DNA of 64,000 nucleotides, from NCBI GenBank assembly GCA_964588775.1, contig CAZPRO010000001.1:113-64112 (forward strand), read 5' to 3'. Positions 21,660 through 30,726 of the stretch are shown piece by piece. Within the stretch, counting starts at the first letter, position 1, and each line of letters starts with the position of its first letter. The notes under the pieces are model-generated. The model was not told the origin of the DNA, did not search any database, and saw only the letters and a program-made list of their open reading frames with translations. Source of the DNA: an uncultured Clostridium sp. (lineage in GTDB: Bacteria > Bacillota > Clostridia > Clostridiales > Clostridiaceae). The translations under genes were made by a program, and so were the position numbers.

Positions 21660-22295
21660 TTATTCATCTCCATATTTACGTCTATTAAATAATTTATAAA
21701 AAAAAGATTTATTGCTGTATTCCAATTCCTCCATTATACTTTTTAGTTTTTTATCATGTTCTTTTTCATAATTACTAATTGTTTCCATAAGCATATTTTT
21801 TTCATCTATTACGCTTTTTATATTATTCATTTTATCATGAAGCAGCATTTTATTATCAAAAAAATTTCCTTCCACGCTTTTCTTCAGTTCATCAATTTTG
21901 CTGTTAACTGCAATTGTATTATCATTGTTAACTTTAACTCCTTGAAGCAATAGTGATGTATCTTTAATAAGCTTATTTATTCTTTCATTTAATATATTAT
22001 CTTCTTTAAGCATTACATTATTTATACATTCATTTAATACATCTTCTATAGATAAGGTCATTTTTGAAATACTTTTATTTATATCTTCTATTTTCTCAAT
22101 TATTTCTTCATTTTCATCAATTAGATCTTCTTTTAAATCATTAAGCTTTTTTTCTATTGGCCTAATACTAAGAGAAATATCTTTTTGTAATTCTTTTGAA
22201 ATTCTGCTTAATGAACCTGCCATTTCATCAGCCAGTTCTTCCATAATATTTTTAGTTACTTCATCACATTCTATTAATATATCATTATGTTCCAC
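21660..22295 (-). CDS. acidic coiled-coil protein of unknown function (operon partner of the DLPs)
   Basis: 211 aa, strongly Glu/Asp/Lys/Asn-rich with heptad-like periodicity. Basic/aromatic C-terminal tail SFFYKLFNRRKYG. GTG start with AAGGAGA upstream. Its stop is 2 nt from the next start (TAAacATG). Confidence 0.55.
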   Translation of the reverse strand: MEHNDILIECDEVTKNIMEELADEMAGSLSRISKELQKDISLSIRPIEKKLNDLKEDLIDENEEIIEKIEDINKSISKMTLSIEDVLNECINNVMLKEDNILNERINKLIKDTSLLLQGVKVNNDNTIAVNSKIDELKKSVEGNFFDNKMLLHDKMNNIKSVIDEKNMLMETISNYEKEHDKKLKSIMEELEYSNKSFFYKLFNRRKYGDE

Positions 22296-22310
22296 TATGT
22301 ATATTCTCCT

Positions 22311-24776
22311 TTACTGCTCTTTTTCTTTCATGAAAAACAAAAGTATTTCTTCAATTATTTTCCGCTCTTCTGTGCCTCTTGAAAGACAATTCTCAAGAAT
22401 CCGTTCTTTTAATTCCTTATATTCACTTAAAATCATGTTTTTTCTATTCTGACATTCAATAAGAAGCATATTATATATTGGATTTTTTGCACTTATAAGT
22501 ACATAGCCCATATTATTAATATCGTAATTATTTTTTATTTTTTCTCTTAATTCAAAAATATCATGAAGCAGTTCTTTAATTATATCTGCATTTATAAATT
22601 CCCTTGAAGAATCTATAACTATATTTAAATTTGTATTATTCTTTAATAGAAAGTGATTTAGAAAGACACTGTTAATTATATGCTTTTCTGTTGAACTTAT
22701 CTGTATTGCATTTATAATACAATACATAACATAAAATTTTCCAGCCTTGCTTTCTATATAACTAAATAGTTCATCTTTATAAATACAATTTTCATATATT
22801 ATTATTATGTTATCTTTTTCAATGTAACCATTATTTATTAATGATGAAATCTCATGTTTTTCCAAATTCACATTATGAATTCTATATAAAAACTGAAGAT
22901 CTATGGTATAGTCATATATCCAGAATACTTCTGGTGCTTTCATTTTATTAATAAATTTTCCAATTACAGCATAATTTCTTTCATAAAAATTGTGTGCCAG
23001 TTTATAAAGATTAAAATTAGTATTGTTCAGCGAACATTTTATATATTCTTCTTTTTTTAAAAAAGTGCCTTCTATTCTTTCTACATTACTATCTGCATTA
23101 TACTGTCCTTTGATTTTTTCTTTCAAATCCATCAATTCCAGATAAACTTTTTTTATTTCATTTAAGTTATAGTTGAGTTTTTCCTTTTTCTTGTAGCTAT
23201 TTCTATTTTCTTCAATAGTATTATATATATCATTTATACATTGTGCATAATTAGAACTCCAGCTATATAATATGGATGCAAACTTATTTTTATTTTTTTC
23301 ACATATTTCAATGACTTTATTAATAATTGATTCCTTATCAATAACATCTTCATCATAATTTTCCTCATCATATCCCCACTGCTTATTTAACAATGTAGAA
23401 ACAAACCTTTTTCCTCTATTTAATGTACCCTCTTTTTTCACAAGCCTTCTCTTTGTTTCATGCTTTGTCTTTATATCATTTATATCCAGTCCTTCTACAT
23501 GGTCACTGGGAAACATATAACTTTTCCTTAAATCCAGATTTAATTTTAAAAAAATATCTGTCTTTTTACTTTCACAGGCTCTTACAATATTTAAAATATC
23601 CTTTTCTGTCTGAAGATTTTCCTTATTTATACTCCAAATAATATCAAGATAGCTTCCCACTTCATTTGAGCTTTCAGTACATATTTTATCTATTACCTTT
23701 TCAACAACAGTATCTGTACTTTTTATTTTTTCTGCTATTTCATCTCTGCTCTTCTTAAAAAAGGCCATAAGACTTTCTATTTCATAGGCATCTATTTCTA
23801 CAATTCCATTAATTTTTTTTAGCATTTCATCTTCAGTTGAAATTATAAAATCAATTCTTTTTTCTATGCTGTTTAACCTCATTTTATGAAGCTTTGGAAT
23901 TATTTTTTTTGCTGCATTTTCTATAGCATGCACAAATAAATCCAAATTGGATGCTTCATATAAATGTGCATCCTTATACCAAGTTCCCTTTAAAGCATAT
24001 AACGCAGAAATCTGAATAATATCTGCTTCATTTAAGCAGCATGTGTTTAATAAGTTTCTGGCTCTTTCCATATGCTTATTTAATATATCATTCTTGGTTT
24101 CTAAAATAACTCCATCTTTTCCAAGCTTAGGCTCAATAGAATCAATCATATTTTGAATAAAAATAATTTCTTTTCCCTTTTCACTAACATAGGATATTTT
24201 TTCTTTATTAACACTATCGCTGCTAGCTTTAACTGTGCTTAAAAACACACATACATCAATAGTTGGCAGCAAAATTTCCAAAGTAAGCTTCTCATGTACT
24301 TCCAAATCACAGGCATCCAGCCCCGGACTATCTATTATTTGAATATTTTCATTAAATATAAATTCTGGAGTCTTTATATCGATTTGTTGAACATCATACT
24401 TATTTCCTACATTTACACTTTCATCTGCATATTGTTTTATTATTTCTTCATTTAAATCCTGTCCTTCTATTTTAAGCAGGCTTCCATCTCTAAAATAAAT
24501 AAGTGCTTCTTTGTTTACACCCCTGCCACAGGTAATAATAATGCTAGAACTTGGTTTAATGGATACTGGAAGTATTTTTTCTCCCAAAAGTGCATTAACC
24601 AAAGTTGACTTTCCACTGCTTGTCACACCAATCATGGCTATTCTTACTTTTTGTGTAACATGCTCTTCTGCTCTATGTTCAAACCAGCTAATATCGTCTG
24701 CATATCTGTTTTTTCTATATTCATTTTTTGATAAAATATCTATAACTTCTTTTATTATCGTACTTTCTTCCTGCAT
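22311..24776 (-). CDS. large dynamin-like GTPase with about 500-aa uncharacterised C-terminal region (DLP-L)
   Basis: G1 GVTSSGKST, G3 DSPG, G4-like NMID, G5-like ISAL in the first 300 aa or so. Start placed at MQEESTI (ATG 24774-24776, GGAGA 5 nt upstream). The track start at 24788 is the alternative. Confidence 0.7.
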   Translation of the reverse strand: MQEESTIIKEVIDILSKNEYRKNRYADDISWFEHRAEEHVTQKVRIAMIGVTSSGKSTLVNALLGEKILPVSIKPSSSIIITCGRGVNKEALIYFRDGSLLKIEGQDLNEEIIKQYADESVNVGNKYDVQQIDIKTPEFIFNENIQIIDSPGLDACDLEVHEKLTLEILLPTIDVCVFLSTVKASSDSVNKEKISYVSEKGKEIIFIQNMIDSIEPKLGKDGVILETKNDILNKHMERARNLLNTCCLNEADIIQISALYALKGTWYKDAHLYEASNLDLFVHAIENAAKKIIPKLHKMRLNSIEKRIDFIISTEDEMLKKINGIVEIDAYEIESLMAFFKKSRDEIAEKIKSTDTVVEKVIDKICTESSNEVGSYLDIIWSINKENLQTEKDILNIVRACESKKTDIFLKLNLDLRKSYMFPSDHVEGLDINDIKTKHETKRRLVKKEGTLNRGKRFVSTLLNKQWGYDEENYDEDVIDKESIINKVIEICEKNKNKFASILYSWSSNYAQCINDIYNTIEENRNSYKKKEKLNYNLNEIKKVYLELMDLKEKIKGQYNADSNVERIEGTFLKKEEYIKCSLNNTNFNLYKLAHNFYERNYAVIGKFINKMKAPEVFWIYDYTIDLQFLYRIHNVNLEKHEISSLINNGYIEKDNIIIIYENCIYKDELFSYIESKAGKFYVMYCIINAIQISSTEKHIINSVFLNHFLLKNNTNLNIVIDSSREFINADIIKELLHDIFELREKIKNNYDINNMGYVLISAKNPIYNMLLIECQNRKNMILSEYKELKERILENCLSRGTEERKIIEEILLFFMKEKEQ

Positions 24777-24941
24777 TTTTATCTCCATACAAATAACTTA
24801 TCTATGGCTATCTTATCATATTTTTATTACTTAACCAACGATATTTTTCTTAATTTTTATTATATTCACCTTAAAAATCCATTAACTTTGATTTTTTATA
24901 CAATTTTGCAGCCTTTTCTTAATTACAAATAAAATAACAAC

Positions 24942-24970
24942 TTGACTAAGTATTTCATTAAATGTATATT
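24942..24970 (+). promoter_or_regulatory. sigma-A-type promoter for the DAHP synthase gene
   Basis: TTGACT (24942-24947), 17-nt spacer, TATATT (24965-24970), about 37 nt upstream of the ATG at 25007. Confidence 0.45.
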
Positions 24971-25006
24971 TACTAGGTAAGCAATTATATTAATGGGGGG
25001 AACAAA

Positions 25007-26035
25007 ATGAGTTTTACAAGCGTAAGAAAAATGCCTTCACCAGAAGAAATGAAAGCTGAATTTCCTTTAGAAGAGCATTTAAAAAAAATTAAAGAACAGA
25101 GAGATACTGAAATAAAAGAAATTTTTAGTGGAAAATCTGATAAATTTGTAGTAATAATCGGGCCTTGCTCTGCTGACGATGAAGATTCTGTTTGTGACTA
25201 TGTAAACAGGCTTGCAAAAGTTAATGAAAAGGTTAAGGATAAACTTTTCATTGTACCTAGAATTTATACAAATAAACCAAGAACTACAGGAGAAGGCTAC
25301 AAAGGCATGCTTCATCAGCCAGATCCTGAAAAATCACCAAATATGCTTGAAGGTTTACAATCAATTAGAAAAATGTTTATTCGTGCAATAAAAGAAACTT
25401 ACCTTACACCTGCTGACGAAATGTTATATCCTTCAAATCATGAATATTGTGAAGACTTATTAACCTATGTAGCAGTTGGAGCAAGAAGTGTTGAAAATCA
25501 ACAGCACAGATTAACTGCCAGCCTTGTAGATGTTCCTGTTGGAATGAAAAATCCTACAAGCGGAGATTTAAGTGTAATGTTTAATTCTGTAACTGCTGCT
25601 CACTGTCAGCATGATTTTCTTTACAGACATCATGAGGTAAAAACAAGTGGTAATCCATACGCTCATGTTATTATGAGAGGCTCTGTAAATAAACGCGGCG
25701 TTAATATTCCAAATTATCACTATGAAGACTTAATGCATGTTTTAGAACTTTATAAAAAACATGATTTTCCTAATCCAGCAGTAATTGTTGATGGAAATCA
25801 TTCTAACTCTGGTAAAAAATTTGCTGAACAAATTCGTATAGTACAAGAAGTTTTACATAGCAGAGACTACAACCCTGAATTAAAGAAACTTGTTAAAGGT
25901 GTTATGATAGAAAGCTACATTGTTGAAGGCAATCAAAAAATAGATGAACATATTTATGGTAAGTCCATAACAGATCCATGTTTAGGCTGGGAAGACACAG
26001 AAAGATTATTATATGATATAGCTGAACGAGTTTAG
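25007..26035 (+). CDS. aroG: 3-deoxy-7-phosphoheptulonate (DAHP) synthase, class I
   Basis: IIGPCSADDE and KPRTTGEGYKGM motifs. 342 aa, typical AroF/G/H length. The paralogue assignment (F/G/H) cannot be determined. Confidence 0.85.
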   Translation: MSFTSVRKMPSPEEMKAEFPLEEHLKKIKEQRDTEIKEIFSGKSDKFVVIIGPCSADDEDSVCDYVNRLAKVNEKVKDKLFIVPRIYTNKPRTTGEGYKGMLHQPDPEKSPNMLEGLQSIRKMFIRAIKETYLTPADEMLYPSNHEYCEDLLTYVAVGARSVENQQHRLTASLVDVPVGMKNPTSGDLSVMFNSVTAAHCQHDFLYRHHEVKTSGNPYAHVIMRGSVNKRGVNIPNYHYEDLMHVLELYKKHDFPNPAVIVDGNHSNSGKKFAEQIRIVQEVLHSRDYNPELKKLVKGVMIESYIVEGNQKIDEHIYGKSITDPCLGWEDTERLLYDIAERV

Positions 26036-26080
26036 ATATAAGAAAATCACTGCAATATTTTGCAGTGATTTTCTTATATC
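26035..26080. terminator. bidirectional terminator between convergent aroG and prs
   Basis: 20-bp perfect inverted repeat GATATAAGAAAATCACTGCA / TGCAGTGATTTTCTTATATC with a 6-nt loop. Confidence 0.8.
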
Positions 26081-26090
26081 TTTAATTATT

Positions 26091-27182
26091 TTATTCATTT
26101 AGCAGATCATGAATTACTCTTGTAGCATCCATATATTTAGCAATTGATCTTCCATGATTTAATCTATTTATAATTCTTGCACATAATTCAGATAAATCTG
26201 CTCCATAAAACCATGGAGAATTCTTTAATTTTTCTGGAAGATAAGAAAGATTAGTTGAATAAATTCTGCTTATTATTCCTTCTTCATATGCTCTGTCAAA
26301 CTTTTCTAATCCTTCTGTAAAGAATGCAAATGTTGCAGCAACATATACATTTTTTACATTTCTTTTTTTAAGTTCTTTAGCTATATCAAGTACTGATTCA
26401 CCTGATGCTATCATATCATCAACTATAAGAACATCTTTTCCGTTTACATCTCTTCCCATATATTCATGCTGAACTATAGGATTCTTTCCATTTACTATTG
26501 TTGAGTGATCACGACGCTTATAAAATAATCCCACATCAACTCCTAAAGCACTTGAATAATAAATGGCTCTATCCATAGCCCCTGTATCAGGACTTATTAC
26601 AAGTAATTTTTCTTTATCTAATTCTAATGTTTTTTCATTATGTACTAATGCTTTAACTATATCATATGTTGGATAAATATTTTCAAAAGATAATGTAGGA
26701 ATTGCGTTTTGAATATTAGGATCATGTACATCAAAGGTTATAATTTCATCTACTCCCAATCTTTCAAGTTCCTGAAGTGCTAAAGCACAGTCAAGAGATT
26801 CTCTTCCCTTTCTTCTATGCTGTCTTGATTCGTATAGAAGGGGCATTATTACTGTTATTCTTGCTGCTTTTCCCCTTATGGCTGCAACAGTTCTCTTTAT
26901 GTCTTGAAAATGTTCGTCCGGCCCCATATGATTTTCAATATTGAACATTTTATAAGTACAACTATAATTACCTACATCACATAAAATATAAATATCTTTT
27001 CCTCTAACTGTTTCAGATATTTTTACCTTCCCTTCTCCATTAGAAAATCTAATTTCATTTAAAGGAATCAGAAATGTATCACTTGTTTTTCTCTTCTTCT
27101 GAACATATTTTTCAATAGCATTGCCAAGTTCCGCACAACTTTTTAATGCTATTATTCCAAGTTCATGATTTAATTCAGTCAT
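26091..27182 (-). CDS. prs: ribose-phosphate pyrophosphokinase
   Basis: PRPP-binding loop VDDMIASGESVLD and TFDVHDPNIQ. Start moved to MTELNHE (GGGGAGG upstream). Confidence 0.85.
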   Translation of the reverse strand: MTELNHELGIIALKSCAELGNAIEKYVQKKRKTSDTFLIPLNEIRFSNGEGKVKISETVRGKDIYILCDVGNYSCTYKMFNIENHMGPDEHFQDIKRTVAAIRGKAARITVIMPLLYESRQHRRKGRESLDCALALQELERLGVDEIITFDVHDPNIQNAIPTLSFENIYPTYDIVKALVHNEKTLELDKEKLLVISPDTGAMDRAIYYSSALGVDVGLFYKRRDHSTIVNGKNPIVQHEYMGRDVNGKDVLIVDDMIASGESVLDIAKELKKRNVKNVYVAATFAFFTEGLEKFDRAYEEGIISRIYSTNLSYLPEKLKNSPWFYGADLSELCARIINRLNHGRSIAKYMDATRVIHDLLNE

Positions 27183-27365
27183 TGTAGCCTCCCCTTTTGA
27201 TATATTAATCAAAATTTGTATATTCTTTAACAATAACAGTATATACTAAAAAATATTATTTATAAACACTATTTTTGATTTTTATTATCAATTTTTATTT
27301 TTTTACAAATGGTAACGTTTATAAATTTTTTTATTTATTTTTAATATTAACAAGTTTTTGCCACT

Positions 27366-28001
27366 TTAATCCATTATGTTACAAAGAAATAAATATTGTT
27401 TTCTCATAATTTTATTATACCATTCTGTCTTTATTATACTTATGTAGCCATCTATTAATGATTTTACTTGCTTATCTTTTGAACACTGTTCATATATTGA
27501 AATAGTAAATAGTAATACTATACTTCCACCAATAATTCCTTTAGACATACCTCCCATATTATTTTTTAAAATTAACAATATGGATAATAATATTATTCCA
27601 CATATTGAACCATAACTTATATATTCTATCTTCTTTTTTAATGATTTAACTTTTATTTTTAATTCATCAATGATTTTAACATCATGACAAATTTTTATTA
27701 AATCTTCCTTATACAGTTCCAAAAATTTTTTTGTAATATATTCCATATACTGTTCAGTATATAATTCATCAATATTCATACACATAACAACCTGATATTC
27801 ATAGTCCTCCAAAGCTTTAAACTCATATTCATCATTCTTTTTTAAGCTTGGAATTCTCACCACCACATTAGCCTCAGAATCAAGCGATAATTGGTAATTT
27901 TCATTGGACACACTGCCAAATTCTTCTTTTATTATATCCAAGACAGAATCTAACATCTGATCTGCCAATTTTTTACCTCTTAAATAGTCTAATATTGTCA
28001 T
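27366..28001 (-). CDS. hypothetical membrane-anchored protein
   Basis: Soluble acidic N-terminal half, then two hydrophobic segments (ISYGSICGIILLSILLIL, GIIGGSIVLLFTISIY). Start placed at MTILDYL because an extended -10 (TGATATAAT) lies downstream of the track start at 28091. Confidence 0.5.
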   Translation of the reverse strand: MTILDYLRGKKLADQMLDSVLDIIKEEFGSVSNENYQLSLDSEANVVVRIPSLKKNDEYEFKALEDYEYQVVMCMNIDELYTEQYMEYITKKFLELYKEDLIKICHDVKIIDELKIKVKSLKKKIEYISYGSICGIILLSILLILKNNMGGMSKGIIGGSIVLLFTISIYEQCSKDKQVKSLIDGYISIIKTEWYNKIMRKQYLFLCNIMD

Positions 28002-28041
28002 ATTACATCCACTCACTTTATATATAATCATGTATATATCC

Positions 28042-28050
28042 ATTATATCA
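28042..28050 (-). promoter_or_regulatory. extended -10 promoter element (TGaTATAAT)
   Basis: The reverse complement of 28042-28050 reads TGATATAAT, about 40 nt upstream of the ATG at 28001. Confidence 0.4.
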
Positions 28051-28129
28051 CAATTAATATATAAAGTAACGTTATTATATTGTTTTTCCATATATGTAAA
28101 TTATATTTCTTTGCTAAAAAAATACAACA

Positions 28130-28182
28130 AAAAAGTGCTGCACATAATTAAGGTTTTAACTCAATTATGTGCAGCACTTTTT
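28130..28182 (-). terminator. rho-independent terminator after the SufC/SufBD-like pair
   Basis: 20-bp perfect inverted repeat AAAAAGTGCTGCACATAATT / AATTATGTGCAGCACTTTTT with a 13-nt loop and a T-run on the minus strand. Confidence 0.8.
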
Positions 28183-28192
28183 CCCATATACT

Positions 28193-29110
28193 TTATTTTA
28201 AAAATCCATTAATTATACATTCTTCTGCTTCTTTTTCAGTAAGTCCTAAAGTCATAAGTTTAATAAGCTGTTCTCCAGCTATTTTTCCTATTGCAGCTTC
28301 ATGAATAAGATTTGCATCAACATTATTTGCTGCAATTTCAGGAACAGCCTTTACTGTAGCATTATCCATAATTATTGCATCACACTCACTATGTCCTGCA
28401 CATTTTGCATTACCCTTTATATTTGCTAAAAAGACCTGATTTGAATTATCCCTTGCAACAGAACGAGATGTTACATGTGCACTTGAACCATCTCCATTCA
28501 TTTCAACATGGAAACTTGTTTCAGCAGACTGTTTTCCATGAGTCATAATTTTTTCCTTAACAACTATTTTAGCCCCTTTTGCAAGAACAGCTTTTGTTAT
28601 TCTCTTTGTTGAATCTACACCTTTTATCTGAACTGTATCCATTTCCATATAGCCGTCTTCATTTATATTGACTATGGTTTCTGGATTTAAAACATTATCT
28701 CCATTCCCATTTCCTTCTCCATAATGTTTTTCAATGTATTTTACTTTTGCATTTTTTTCAATATAAAAAGTGTGTATTCCATCATGTTCAGCTTTTTTAT
28801 CACCATCATTATGAATACCACATCCAGCTATAATAGTTACCTCTGAATTTTCTCCAATATGAAAATCATTATATACAATTTCACTAAGTCCGCTTTGTGT
28901 TAATATTACAGGAATATGTAAACTTTCATTTTTAGTATTAGGTTTTATGTATATGTCTATACCACTTTTATCTTTTTTCTTTACAATTTCTATATTGGCA
29001 GTTGAATTCATGCTAACTGCCTGTCCATCAACTCTTATATTATATGCACCAACTGGAATATCATGAATTCCTGATATTTCACTTAATAAGTTTTTCTTCA
29101 TTTCATCCAT
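28193..29110 (-). CDS. SufB/SufD-family Fe-S cluster assembly scaffold-like protein (short form)
   Basis: C-terminal signature LIHEAAIGKIAGEQLIKLMTLGLTEKEAEECIINGFL and beta-helix-like repeats. 305 aa, shorter than canonical SufB. Confidence 0.75.
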   Translation of the reverse strand: MDEMKKNLLSEISGIHDIPVGAYNIRVDGQAVSMNSTANIEIVKKKDKSGIDIYIKPNTKNESLHIPVILTQSGLSEIVYNDFHIGENSEVTIIAGCGIHNDGDKKAEHDGIHTFYIEKNAKVKYIEKHYGEGNGNGDNVLNPETIVNINEDGYMEMDTVQIKGVDSTKRITKAVLAKGAKIVVKEKIMTHGKQSAETSFHVEMNGDGSSAHVTSRSVARDNSNQVFLANIKGNAKCAGHSECDAIIMDNATVKAVPEIAANNVDANLIHEAAIGKIAGEQLIKLMTLGLTEKEAEECIINGFLK

Positions 29111-29112
29111 GA

Positions 29113-29877
29113 TTACTTCTCTCCTTTACATATTCTGCAGTTATCTGCTGCTGATAATAATTGTGGCAGTATTTCATCCTTTACCCCATACTTACTTATT
29201 TCTCCGTTTTCAATAAGTACTATATCATCTGCTATGTTTAAAATTCTTTCCTGATGAGAAATAATTATAATTGAGCCATCATTATCTTTTCTCATATCTT
29301 CAAAAATATTAATCATATTTTTGAAACTCCAGATATCTATTCCTGCTTCAGGCTCATCAAAAATAGAAAGCTTTGTATTACGAGCAAGAATTGTTGCTAT
29401 TTCAATACGTTTTAATTCTCCTCCAGAAAGACTTCCATTAATTTCACGATTTATATATTCCTTTGCACATAAACCTACTTTTTGCAGATAATCACATGGA
29501 TTAGGAGCAATTGAAATACCTGCACTTTTTTGTGCATGACTCTTTTTTCCTGCAAGGGTTAAAAGGTCTTTTACTGTAATTCCCTTAAATCTAACAGGCT
29601 GCTGAAATGCAAAACTCATTCCAAGATTAGCTCTTTCTGTTATATTCATATTTGTAATATCTGTTCCATTGAAAATAATTTTACCACTAGTTGGGGTTTT
29701 AACACCACTTATTATTTTAGCTAAAGTTGATTTTCCTCCACCATTAGGTCCAGTAATTACTACAAATTTAGAATTATCTATTTTTAAATTTATATTTTTT
29801 AGTATGATTTTTTTTATATTGTTTTCTTCTACTTCAAAACAAATATCTTTTAGTTCTAACACACTATCCGCTGCCAA
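29113..29877 (-). CDS. SufC-like ABC ATPase
   Basis: Walker A GPNGGGKST, signature LSGGELKR, Walker B IFDEPEAGID, H-loop ISHQ. Its stop is 2 nt from the SufBD-like start. Confidence 0.8.
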   Translation of the reverse strand: MAADSVLELKDICFEVEENNIKKIILKNINLKIDNSKFVVITGPNGGGKSTLAKIISGVKTPTSGKIIFNGTDITNMNITERANLGMSFAFQQPVRFKGITVKDLLTLAGKKSHAQKSAGISIAPNPCDYLQKVGLCAKEYINREINGSLSGGELKRIEIATILARNTKLSIFDEPEAGIDIWSFKNMINIFEDMRKDNDGSIIIISHQERILNIADDIVLIENGEISKYGVKDEILPQLLSAADNCRICKGEK

Positions 29878-30000
29878 AAATTATCCTCAGCAGCTCACTC
29901 CCTTCTGTATCTTTAATATAAATGCTACTATTTTAGTATAATCACATCATTTTATAATAATACCATATTAATTCATTTATGAGAAGTTCTTTGCTTTAGG

Positions 30001-30699
30001 CTATATTATATTTTTTCGTATACTCTTTCCTTTTTCACAATAAGAATTATCGTTTACACTCTTTACTCTGAATATACCATTTTCATACTCTAAAAGAGAT
30101 ACACTAGAATTATCTAATTCTCTAATATCAAAGCTTTTATCTAAATAATCTATTATAAGCCGTATCATTCCTCCATGGCCTACAACAAGTATGTTTCCAC
30201 CTTTTTCTTCATTTTCCACGCATACCTGCTTTAAACCATTCATAATTCTTTTTAAGGCTGTTTCATAATCTTCTGCTTCTTTGGTTTCATCTAATAGCGC
30301 TGTAGTATCACAATAGACTCTTTGAAAATCGTATTTTTTCTCTATTTCTTCAATTGATGTTACATTAAGCTTATTCAATATGGCCTGAAACATATCCCTT
30401 TCCAGACCTCCTTCAAACTTGCCAAAATACACTTCACGAAGTTCTTCAATTTGAATAAGTTCTAGCTGCTCATTGTTCCTATTTTCTTTTATTACAATTT
30501 CTGCTGTTTTAACAGCTCTTCTCAAATCACTGCTGTATACCTTATTAAAGGGAATATGACTTAATCCATAACCAACATTTACAGCCACATCAATACCTTC
30601 TTTTGTAAGAACTCCATCACACCATCCTTGAGTCCTATGAGCTCTATTTAAAATAGTCTGACCATGTCTCATTAAGTATATATTTAATTTGTTTTTCAT
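30001..30699 (-). CDS. histidine phosphatase family protein (phosphoglycerate mutase-like)
   Basis: LMRHGQT (RHG motif) and GHGGMIR. Start moved to MKNKLNIY. Confidence 0.8.
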   Translation of the reverse strand: MKNKLNIYLMRHGQTILNRAHRTQGWCDGVLTKEGIDVAVNVGYGLSHIPFNKVYSSDLRRAVKTAEIVIKENRNNEQLELIQIEELREVYFGKFEGGLERDMFQAILNKLNVTSIEEIEKKYDFQRVYCDTTALLDETKEAEDYETALKRIMNGLKQVCVENEEKGGNILVVGHGGMIRLIIDYLDKSFDIRELDNSSVSLLEYENGIFRVKSVNDNSYCEKGKSIRKNII

Positions 30700-30726
30700 T
30701 TCTCCACCACCCATATAGTAAATAGT

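Noticed and set aside
18092-24788. Searched the flanks of the dynamin-like cluster for hallmarks of mobile elements: integrase, transposase, tRNA attachment site, terminal or direct repeats.
   Set aside because: None were found. The flanking hairpin at 18031-18078 is a terminator and the 24789-25006 spacer holds ordinary promoters. I therefore do not call the cluster a mobile element or genomic island, only a synteny break.
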